A DNA stretch of 64,000 nt from the human T2T-CHM13v2.0 reference genome, Homo sapiens, in the NCBI RefSeq assembly GCF_009914755.1, contig NC_060934.1. One strand, 5' to 3'. The translations under genes and the position numbers were made by a program. This document shows positions 13,843 to 24,485 of the stretch, piece by piece; the stretch's first letter is position 1, and the number at the start of each line of letters is the position of its first letter. The notes under the pieces are model-generated. The model was not told where the DNA came from. It was given only the letters and a program-made list of their open reading frames with translations, and ran no database searches.

Positions 13843-14060
13843 AAGTGACAAATAGCTTAGCTGATTGGTCAAGATCACAGAAGGGAGCAAGACTGGATGA
13901 CTGGATACAAGGAAGGCTGGAGAAAGCCTATGGATGGGCCAATGGGAATGAGCCCAAAGTGTGTGGATCTTTGAGTCTCACATTGTTGAGGGCCTTCAAC
14001 AATGTGGGCCTTCTACAAGGGCCCTCAACAATCCGGTGAACAGGATGACTGGTTCTATGG
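13843..14060 (+). mobile_element. Old ERVL/MLT-int RNase H-region fragment
   Basis: Degenerate similarity to the ERVL segment KEQDWKIGDKEVWGRGMWMD...VKIFVSHV also seen at 30501-30773. Confidence 0.5.
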
Positions 14061-14411
14061 AGGAGTTCCTCTTCATGGCCACTCCAGGGAGATTACTAAT
14101 TTTAGGCATGGGCCCAGGGCTAGCAGCCTACATCTGGAAGAGTCTGGGGACCAGGGAGAATAGAATAGATGCATTTCCTTGAGAGTAGGATGTAGGGGGG
14201 TAAACTGAATTCACCCCCAAGGCATCTCTCCCCATCTCACCAATTCCACCCTAGCTGTAAACACAGCCCTAGCGGACTGGTTTGGCCCCTGCTTTAGGGA
14301 GAGCTCTTTTCTACCCAACATAAAACTTACTCTTGCCAGCCCAGACTCCCAAAGTCCTGCCATAGTCCAGAAAGCCCTCAGTGATCCTCTCCTTCTTGGC
14401 CATGTGCTATT

Positions 14412-14747
14412 CATTCATTCACTCATTCATTCATTCATTCATGTACACAACAGATACTTATCAAGCTTCCGTGCTCCACACCCTACATAAAGGCTCTGAA
14501 TATGCAGGAGCGAATGAAAATGGTTGTGACCCTACCCTTGTGGAGATTATTATAGTCTTTGGGGAGAGGTAGACATTAATCAAATGATCACACAAATAAA
14601 TATAAAATTACCCTTGGGATTAGTGCTAGGAAGAATTCCATGATTCTCTGAGGACAGATACTATGTGGGACTCCCCTAGCTTGGAACGTCAGGGAAGGTT
14701 TCCTTGAGGAGGTGATGACTCAGCCACCTTCTGAAGGATGGGTAGGT
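14412..14747 (-). mobile_element. L2 3' fragment with (TCAT)n tail
   Basis: (TCAT)n followed by L2-like cctacccttgtggag...ggggagaggtagacattaatcaaat...gtcagggaaggtttccttgaggaggtga. Confidence 0.6.
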
Positions 14748-15265
14748 TGTATTAGTTAGGGTTCTCTAAAGGGACAGTGCTAACAGGATAGATGTATAGA
14801 TGAAGGGGAGTTTATTATGGAGTATTGACTCACATGATCACAAGGTGAGGTCCTACAATAGGCCATCTGCAAGCTGAGGTGCAAGAAAGCCAGTCCGAAT
14901 CCCAAAACCCCAAAAGTAGGGAAGCCAACAGTGCAGCCTTCAGTCTGTGGTCGAAGGTCCAAGAGTCCCAAAGCTGAAGAACTTGGAGTCTGATGTTCGC
15001 GGGCAGGAAGCATCCAGTACGGGAGAAAGATGTAGGCTGGAAGACTAAACCAGTCTAGAATTTCCACGTTCTTCTACCTGCTTTTATTCTGGCCACTCTG
15101 GCAGCTGATTAGATTGTGCCCACCCAGACTGGGGGTGGGTCTGCCTTTCCCAGTCCACTGACTCAAAGGTTAATCTCCTTTGGCAACACCCTCACAGACA
15201 CACCCAGGAACAATACTTTGCATCCTTCAATCCAGTCAAGTTGACACTCAATAGTAACCATCACA
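14748..15265 (-). mobile_element. MLT2A (MLT2A2-like) ERV-L solo LTR
   Basis: tgtattagttagggttctct...aaccatcaca termini; strong similarity to the proviral LTRs plus an extra aaaagtagggaagcc...gtggtc segment; keeps gagtttatt (poly(A) signal on minus). Confidence 0.9.
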
Positions 15266-18200
15266 GGGGTACCCAGGTGAAGTGGGGGAGGCAAAGAAAG
15301 AGATCTCGGTCCCAGATCTCTGCACCTGGATGCACTCCCTCTTGAAACTGCTTCTCACTGCTTCCAGGCCTGTGTCCTGTGGCCCCCATGCCTCATCAGG
15401 AAACTGGGCTCAGAGAGGTTAGCACGTGGGGGGGTCACGATGAGATGGTCCCTGATGGAAAGTAAAATTTCTCTAATGGCAAAGATCATGGAAACAGAGA
15501 CCCAGCAGCAGAAAACTGAAGGTAATACAGCCTCTTCCCAGAAAGAGGGCCCCCAAGGGACCCTGAGTTACCCACACAAGGGTCGTTTCCACACGGGGAG
15601 GCTTCTCCGACATGAGTGGCTCCTTCTGCTATTCTTACAACAGTGGTCCCATCTCTCTCTCTCACTCCGATCACTCCAGATGGTTCCAAAGGCTTTCCCC
15701 GTGGGCCTGACTACTTTACTGGTGCTAGTTAGTGATCTCCCACACTTTCCTGAGGACTGTTTTCTAGGAGCGCCCTTCAGGGAGCTTGGCCTGTGTCCTC
15801 CTGTTGGGGAAGCAGGAGCTGTGATTTGCCCCCAAGCCCAGCTGGCTGCGGAGCCCATGGTGCTCCCTTCCAGGTCCCTGCCGCATGCTGTGTGGACAGG
15901 CAGCATCTGGGTCCTGGCCATCCCCTGGTCCTGCCTCTGCCACTGTCTTGCTCTGTGACCTGGAGCCAGACCTGCCCCTTTCATGGCCCCATGAGGAGAA
16001 AGCCAGTCCTGTTTCTCACTGTTGCCAGGTCTGCGTGTATTTGGGTCTGAAAGACAGACAAGACGAGGGGGACCATGTATCAGGAGTAGGGTAGTTCTCA
16101 GCCAGGCAGGCTCCTGCTCTGCCGGCAGCAAGGTGGCCGTCCTGCAGGGAACCTACCTTGGGGAGGGCAGCCTTGCCCCTTCCCCAGCAGCCCCAGATGG
16201 AGCACCTGTCACAGCCAGACCAGTGTTCATCCACCTCTCAAAACTCCGGGCTGTCCCCACCTGACCTGGAAAGGGTCAAGATGAGAGACCTGAGAAGAAA
16301 GGAGAGGTTTCTCTTTGTGCTCACTCTCCCTAAGGAGAAAAGCTTAAAGCTGGGAGGCAGATGGCGCCTCCTCTCTCCTCTGTGAGCTGAGAGCCCAGAT
16401 CCTCTGCCCACTGGCTCTGCCTCTACTCACCCATTGGTCTTAGCTGCCCTCTCCCAAGCCCATCCCTGTGTGGCCCCCCTGTTTGGCCAGTCCCAGGAGA
16501 TCCTAGGGTCCCAGGTGGAGGCTGACTGGCATCCCCACAGCCCTGCCTTTGTGTGCACCTTCATGCCCATCCTGGGCCCGTGGCTGTGGCTGGGGCCTTA
16601 CCCTCTTGACAGCCCTGTGCTCTCCTGGGCTGTGTCAGCAAGGAGCTGGTGACAGGAAGGATGAGGGAAGCTGATGCTCCCTTAGGGAACCCTCTTGTGT
16701 AAATGGGGAAACTGAGGCCCCAGGAGGGGCAGGCGATATGGCAGCAGAGATCAGATGAGGAAATGGAACTGGCCTGGAAGCCCACAGACCTGGGTGTGTA
16801 CCCAGCCCCATCTCACGCTGACTTCCGCCTTCTGGGTCTCAGCTTTCCTTGTCTCTAGAATGGAGATCACAGTCCCAGACCTGCCTAAAACACAGTGTGG
16901 GTCTGGTTCTGATGAGATCCTGTTTGCATGATCTCTGCCAGCCGTCAAGTGCTGTGCTGACTGAAGCCAGGCACCGGACCTGAAATCTGGGACTCTGGGC
17001 TCCCAGAACAGTGCTCCTTCCTCAGCTCTTCAGGCCCTGGCTGAGTTTGAGAGCCTCAGAGATGAGGAATGGGGTGACGAAGGATGAAAAAGTTCATGGG
17101 GATGAGCCCTGGATGCTTGACCTCTGTGGGGAAGTTCCCCATATGGTTCCCAGAGTGACAGAGGCCCCAGCAGGCCTAGCCCAGGGCAGAGCCAGGGTGG
17201 GTGAGGCTGGAGCAGGCCTCTCCTATGTCCTTGGTGACACTAGAGCCTATCATGGGCTAAAACTCGAGCCAAGCGCCAGAGTGGGACAGATGCACAGGTC
17301 CGTCCTCAGCCTCCCAAGCTCCCGCTCACTAAGTAAACACCTGTGCGTGGGCTCGTCGCTCACCTCCCTAATGAGCTCATCGCTCACCCGGCTCTCCATC
17401 GCGCTCCATCCGTCTTCACCTTGCTGCCATGGCTCCACTGTGCAGCTATTTTTGCACTTCCCAGTAAGCATTCCACTGGGCGGGGGAGCCAGTGCAGCTA
17501 GGCTGGGGCCGAGTTAGGGCTGGGCTTGATTGCTGCCACCCGGAAGTCCACGGCCTGCCTATGGGCACTTCTGGCCACTGTTCCCCACCCCAATAGCAGT
17601 ACTATGTTGCAAAGGACATTTGGTTTAGCTCAGTGAGCTCCAGTGCCCTCCCTCCGCCACTCAGTAGCTGTGGGACCTTGGGCAAGCCATTTCTCCCTCT
17701 GGTTCTCAGTCCACGAAACAAAGGCACAAGTGCTACGCTGCCTGCAGGCAAGCCCTGACTCCCTGGCCTGAGTTCCTGGGCCTCAGTCATCTGTGCTGAA
17801 CCTCAGGGCTGGACTCAGGCTCTCAGTAAGCCGATGGGGCCGGGGCTGTGGGTGGAGAGAAGAGGAGATTTGGGGCATGCATGTGCATGGGACGGGCAGC
17901 CCCCTCCCTGACCCTGCCCCCTGCTCTCTAAAGAAAGACCCCCAGGCAACAAGGGGCCTGATGACCCTGAGCATGCAGATCCCAGCCCTTTGCATGCCCA
18001 CTGGCTCTGCCTCTACTGACCCATTGGTCTTAGCTGCCTCCAGACACAGCAGAGCACCTCACCTGAGCTCAGGTGGGAAACGCCTGTGAGGGTTGCTTCA
18101 TTGTCACCCCATCTCCCACGGGCAGAAACAGAGGCTCAGAGAGGCTCACACATGTACCTGAGGCCACACAGCTTGGGCAGGGCCACAGCTGGGACACGAC

Positions 18201-18864
18201 CCTAATGCACCTGACTTCAGAATCTCCCCACCCTGCCTTCTGAGCCTGGCATAGGGCAGAAGGCTGGGCAGGCTGGAGAACTGCAGCCCCTCCTGAAGGA
18301 GATACTCAGTGACCCTCCCTCTCCTGTGGCCATTGTTCTCTTGAAAATTAAGTCATCCCGCTGGGCCCCTTAAGCCTTTTTGGAGCTGTCTGTTCCCAAG
18401 GCCTCAGCCAGACGGCAGCTGGAAGTCTGTTAATATTCATTGAATCTCTCCAGGGTGGTTGGGAGCCTGTCTTTTAATTGTCTCATCTCTGTCTATCCCT
18501 TTATCGAGAAAGAGACTAAGAGGCAAGAACAATCAGTTATCTCATTATAGATCAAGGCCTAGAAAGGGGAACTCCTCAACTAGGGTCCTCCACCCCATGG
18601 AGGGAGGGGCTCGGTAGGGGGAGGAAGGGGCTCAGTCCTTCAGCCTCATGCCAAACTCATTCCTATCAGCGTGAAGAAGAGGTTTATCCATAGCATTGGT
18701 GGTCCAAATGGTACAGAGCTGGGGAGTGACATAGTTGGGGATAACTGGGGGGACAAAAGGGTGGTCAGAAGACACTAACGTTTGGGCCCCAAATCTCGGG
18801 CTTTTCACTGCTCTAGAAAGTGCAGAGAGCATAGAACTGGAATTCAGAGATTATCTTGTTATCT

Positions 18865-18996
18865 AACCATCCATCCATCTGTCCAACCACCCATTCATCC
18901 ATCATCCATCTACCCATCCAACCATCCCTCCATCCACACATCCATCCATCTACACATCCATCCATCTGACCAACCATTCATCCACCCATTCATCCA
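18865..18996. repeat. Degenerate (CCAT)n microsatellite
   Basis: Directly visible tandem ccat/ccac units. Confidence 0.9.
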
Positions 18997-19699
18997 GTGG
19001 GCCAGGAAGAAACTGACATTTGTCACGCATATCTTACTTTTCAAAGCAACTTTCTTTCTCTTATCTCATTGGATCTTCCCAGCTGTTTGGCCCCATTTGA
19101 CAAATGGGAAAAATGGGACCCAGGGAGAAGCAGGGACTTGCTCAAGGACAGACAGAGCAGAGCGGTTTCCAGGATGGAGGCTCAGTATGAAACCTGCAGG
19201 TGGGATTGTGCACAAGGCCTAGACTGAAGGGCAAGTGGGGGCTGAAATCCAGTCCTTGCTGTGCCCACCAAGTGGTGGAGAGCTGTGCCTGCTCAGAGAA
19301 GAGGAGCCTTTTTCTTTGGCATGCTATCTTGGTAAGGTAGGACCCCAGCCCAGGGCCTGCGTTTTGGGATTCTCAGGGAGAAGCTATGCAGGCTATTGGC
19401 AGCCCTGAGCTGATCTTCAGCTCAAAGAGAGCCCCTGGAGAGGAGTAGGCAGGAGACTGGGCCAGGAGGGAGAGACCCCAGGCTCTATGGCACCACGGCT
19501 CAGCCAGCCCAGGGATGGCAAAGTGTCTCCCTCCCGCCAGGCCAGCCACCAACCGCATGCCAAGTGGGTTGTCTGCACTGGGTCTTCCAGTTGGTGACTC
19601 TTTAGAGTCATATGCTCTCGGGGGAGTACCAGCTATTTGGATTACTCTCTAGTTGGCAATTTTCTTTTTGGTGCTTGTGTTTTGTTTTGACCTGCTGTT

Positions 19700-20362
19700 A
19701 AATCAACTTTATTGAAGTAAAATTTAAATACAACAAAATGCACCCATAAAAATGTACAGTTCTGTGGGGTTTGACAAATGTGTACACTCATGTAACCAGC
19801 ACCACAGTCAGGATATAGAACATTTCTATTACAGCCCTTTGCAGTCATGCCTCCACCCGATGTGAACCCAGAGAGCAACCTCTGGTCTCCGTCCTGTTAC
19901 TAGTGACTCTCTAGATTTCTAGGATTTCACAGAAATGAAAGCATACGGTATGTACTCTATCGTGTCTGGGTTCTTTTGCTTCACATCATATTTTTGAGAT
20001 TGATCCACGTCGTTTCCTGTGTCAGCAGTTTCGTAGCATCCCACTGCATACTGCAATCTATTTCTCCCTTCACCTGCGTGGACATTTGGGTTGTTTCTAG
20101 GGTTTGGCGATTTGTGTACAAGTCTTTGTGTAGACATATGTTTTCTTTTCTCTTGGCTAATATCTAGGAGTGGAATTGCTGGGTAAAGGACAGTCCTATG
20201 TTTAGACTTATTAGAAGCTGTCGCGCCTTTTCCCAAGTGGTTGGGTCATCTTATGCTGTCACCAGCAATGAGCGAGAGTTCCAGTTGACCCACATCCTCA
20301 TCAACCTAGTGTATGGGCCATTCTAATGTATGTATATTGAGATTTCGTTGTCGTTTTCATTT
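19700..20362 (-). mobile_element. L1MB/MC/MD 3' fragment
   Basis: aactttattgaagta...aatgcaccc...tgtacagttc...tttgacaaatgtgtacac; atctaggagtggaattgctggg; gagagttccagttg. Confidence 0.8.
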
Positions 20363-21879
20363 GGGAGCCTATTTTGGGGACCCACCCCTTGCCTTGACTG
20401 CCCTGACCTCATGACTGTGAGATCTTCTGGGACACGGATTGACTCACCAGTGTCACCTGAGGGCCCACCAGTGTTGGGGAAAAGTGGCCAGAGGCAGAGC
20501 TAGGGTGTTTTTGGAAAGAGAGAGGGATCTTTCTGAGCCTCAGTTTCCTCATCTGGCAAATGGGCACCATCCTTGACCTGCCTGGTCCATAGGGCAGGTT
20601 TGCATTAAAAATTGAATGAGCTGACAAGTAATGGAATTGCTTTCAGGACATTCAGCACTGGGACTAGTGGGGGCCCATGACAACCCACACCGGCTCCTAT
20701 TTGCTCTATCTTCAGCCCCAAGAAATGCTTATTGTCATGTCTAGTGTGCAAATGTGGGGACTGGGTCTCAGCCAGGCCAAGTGACACCAGGTCCATGTGG
20801 CTCCAAAGCCTGTGCTCGTCACTTCAGTATGAACCACACTGCTGCAAAGTCACCCAGGCTGGGACAGAGCCTGATTGTCGTCACGGTCACAGACGAACAT
20901 CAGCCAGGATGTGCACACGCCCAGGCTCCTGCCGCTATTCCGGCAGCTCTTCCGGATGCTCCGGTCCCTGGGGCTTGAACACCGCGTCTGTTGCTCCATT
21001 ATCCTAAGCGGCCTCCCCGGATCCCATTACTTCACTGCTGTTATTATTTATTCATCGATGGAGCCCTCAGCTTGTGGATGGGCACTTACCTTGATGGCCC
21101 TGACAAGGGGTCAGGGGCCCCACTCAGAGCCTATTAATCACTAGCCACGCCGGCAGGGAGTTTGTGTCCCCTGAGAGAGGGGAGATCATGTTGCAGACAC
21201 AGAAGTCCTGTTGGCTTGTCCATTTTCTCATGGAGGAATCCACTGCCTGGTGTTTTAGAGCTAGATGAGCTGCACGGACAGGGAAACTGAGGCTAAGAGA
21301 GGGTAGGGCCTTCCCCAAGGTCCCACATCTCATCCATTCGCTATCTGGAATTCTCTCCATACATAAACACACAATGATAACTCCATTTATAGGGGCATCA
21401 CTTTACAATTTGTGTCTATTTTCCTATTTGATGGTCATAACAACCCCTCGAGACCAATAAGGGCTTTTAATCAGCTAGCTAGCTAGAGCTAGATGATATA
21501 GAAACTGAAACTCAGAAATTAAGTGACCTGCTGAATGCCAGGGTGCTGATAAATCACAAAGTGGGGAGCAGGACCCGGGTGTCCCTGCCCCAGTCCAGTG
21601 CTCTGGCTTCGGCCAGGAAATGTGGGATGTGGACCCGGGTCCTTCTCGTTCCTGCTGATTCTCTTTGAACAAAAGGAGTCTCTGGTTGGCTGGGATAGAA
21701 ACTGAGGATGCAACCCAGCTGGAAGGGGGCAGAAAAGGGAAAGTGACTGGGGAGTCCCTGGGTACCAGTTACCTTGCTTTAAAGGCAGCTCACGGTCATG
21801 AGAAGAAAACTACCTGCAGAAGCCAGCACCCACTGTGCCCTTCCCATATGCCACAGGCAACTTTACAAGCTCCTGAAAA

Positions 21880-22030
21880 CAACCCCAGGAAGCAGTCGCC
21901 ATTATTATCAGTCCCATTTTACAGATGAGGTAACTGAGGTTATGACTGGCCCAAATCAGTTCCTAAGAAGTAGAGTTAGGATCCAACACCAGGCAGTCAG
22001 AGTCTGGAGCTTGAACCCTTAGCCACCACC
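21880..22030 (-). mobile_element. MIR
   Basis: acaaccccaggaag...cccattttacagatgaggtaactgagg. Confidence 0.65.
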
Positions 22031-22605
22031 CTAGCCTACCAGAGTGAGTTTAGGGGGTTGGCAGGAGAAAGAAGCAGAGGTGCAGTTGCTTGAGCAGACC
22101 AAGTCCCCATGGGGCCAGGGATCAGCATCTCTTGGAAGAAGTGGGCCTGAGCAGGACTTCCAGGACCTTCAGAGACACAGTGCAGGCCATGAAACCAGCT
22201 CCTACTCTGGAGCCAGAACCAGCATTGTCCTTGCTGTTTCCTTGCTGTGTGAGCTTGGGTGAATCACTTTACCTCTTGGAGCCTCAGGTTCCTTCCCAGA
22301 CAACTGGGGCCAATAATGGCCACTTCCCGATACCGTGAAGATGAAATGAGACTAAATGCCAGCTTGAGAGCCATGGGAGAGACAGGGAAGGGGGGCTTCC
22401 ATCTCAGGCCATGGTCCTCACCCAGGGGTCCTTGTCCTCTTTGCCCTCCCAGCTCCTTCAGTGTTGAGGGCCTGGGCCCCGGCTGGGCTCAGTGGCTTCC
22501 TGAGGGATAGAACAGGGAGCTGGTGGTGCGTTTGGGTTATTTTTCCTGGAAGGAGTTATTTTCTGCTGATCTAGGTCAGCCCAGCCAGAGGGCAGTGTGA
22601 GTTGC

Positions 22606-22961
22606 TGTATTAGTCCATTTTCACACAGCTGTAAAGAATACCTGAGACTGGGTACTTTATAAAGGAAAAAGGTTTAATTAACTCATAGTCTGCATGACTG
22701 GGGAGGCCTCAGGAAACTTGCAATCATGGCAGAAGGCAAAGGGGAAGCAAGGCACGTCTTCTCATGGCCCCAGGAGAGAGAACAGTGAGGGGAAACGCCA
22801 AAAACTTTTAAAACATCGGATCTCATGAGCACTCACTCACCATCACAAGAACAGCATGGGGGAAACCGTCCCCATTATCCAATCACCTCCCACAAGGTCC
22901 CTCCCTCCACACTTGGGGATTACAGTTCCAGATGAGATTTGGCTGGAGACAAACCATATCA
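22606..22961 (-). mobile_element. THE1D/MSTA-like MaLR solo LTR
   Basis: tgtattagtccattttcacac...aaaccatatca; TSD GTTGC / ATTGC. Confidence 0.9.
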
Positions 22962-24289
22962 ATTGCCTTTCAGTCTAGCTGCAAAAAAGCAGGTGGCCCA
23001 ACTTGTTGCAGGGTGAAGAACCCAAGAAACCAACCTGGGTTTGCGGCTGGAGAGGGGCTAGCTTAAAACTTTGTATCCTGGCTCCTGGTTGCCCAGAGTG
23101 GGGAGGTCTTGATAAGGACCTTGAGATAATGGTCTGGAAGTTGAGAACAGAGCCACTGGGGCTCCTGGCTCCTTGCAGATCCAATCTAAGGGCTGTGGCA
23201 CCAGGCTGCGTGCTCTGGATGAGTCCCTTCCCCTCTCTGGGCCTTAGACGTGATTGTTGTCATGGTGAGAACTGGGGAGGGTGTGGGAGGATGGAGATGT
23301 GCACATAGCAGGTCCTCAGGAACTCAGCTGATGATGAAGCTGCCCCAGCTCGGGGTGAAGGCTGCGGTGCCCTGTTTCCTTGACCTTAGCCATGGGCAGG
23401 TGGGCCAGTACCTCAGGTCACTGTCAGGGACTCTGGGAGATCCTGGCCCTGCCTCATCCTGGCACTGAGGCCTGCAGTGATTTCCTCACTCATTCTTACA
23501 AAAGATCTCCAGAGGTCTCAGGACTGCACTAGCTCATGGTGACTTTGTTTTTATCTGTCATTGTCTTCTGAGTGATTCCTTTGCCCCATCCTATGTTCCC
23601 CCAATTAGAGTGTGAGCTCCCTGGGTCAAGAGGGGAAACAGAGGCTGGGTGTCCTGTCCCCCAAGTCCCAGTCCCAACCTCTCCCCTCGGCAGCTGTGTG
23701 ATATGAGTAAGCTGATTAACCTCTCTGAGTCTCAGTTCTAGCCACAAGATGGGGATAAGGCCTGCTTTGCCTTCTTCTCTGGGCTCAAGTACACTAAAGA
23801 GAACTGAGACCAACCTTACCTGGAGCCCCTCAGCTGGGCCCAGTTCGGGAAACAGGTGAGCTGGGTGCAGCTCCCGGCCTCAAGGGACTTGCACTTCTTG
23901 CCGGGGAAGATGGAGCCACACTCTCGATGGGGGCTGTGGAGAGCCCTGAGGTTGGGGGAGAGTTTTCTAAGTGGGGGTATCAGGGAAGGCTTCCTGGAAG
24001 AACCATGGGCAGGACAGGTGGGCAAGGCCATGGTCAGGTGTGTGCAGGGCTATCAGGGATGCAAACCGGAACCGCAGCATACAGAGTGTGCCAGCACTGG
24101 GCCTACACAATGTTACCCCAGACCAGCAAGCAGTCCACAATGCAGCCTTGGCTCCACCCTCCTGGAGTGCACAGTGTGGTGGGGGAGACTGACTCTAATC
24201 ACAAACTCACCAAGCAATGATAAGCTTTACTGGGGATGGGGGTGGCGTGGGGAGAAGGAAAGTGCTGTTTTTAAGGGAACAGCAATTAT

Positions 24290-24485
24290 CTCCTGAATGT
24301 TTCCTATGTGCCAGTCACTTTGTGCACATTACCTTGGTTCATCCTGACTCAGGTGGACATTGTCAGTGTCCCACAGGAAACCGAGGACCAGAGAGATAAA
24401 GTAACTTGCCCAAGTTTGCACAGCAGGCAGGCAGCAGAGCTGGGCTTGAACCCAGGCCATCTGGCTCCAGAATATCACCTTACTG
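24290..24485 (-). mobile_element. MIR
   Basis: ctatgtgccagtcact...ggaaaccgaggaccagagagataaagtaacttgcccaag...gagctgggcttgaacccagg. Confidence 0.7.

Noticed and set aside
15440-16131. Overlapping 172-187 aa ORFs (similarly 45502-46140 and 52278-53106)
   Set aside because: No recognisable domain; overlapping on both strands; expected by chance in GC-rich DNA
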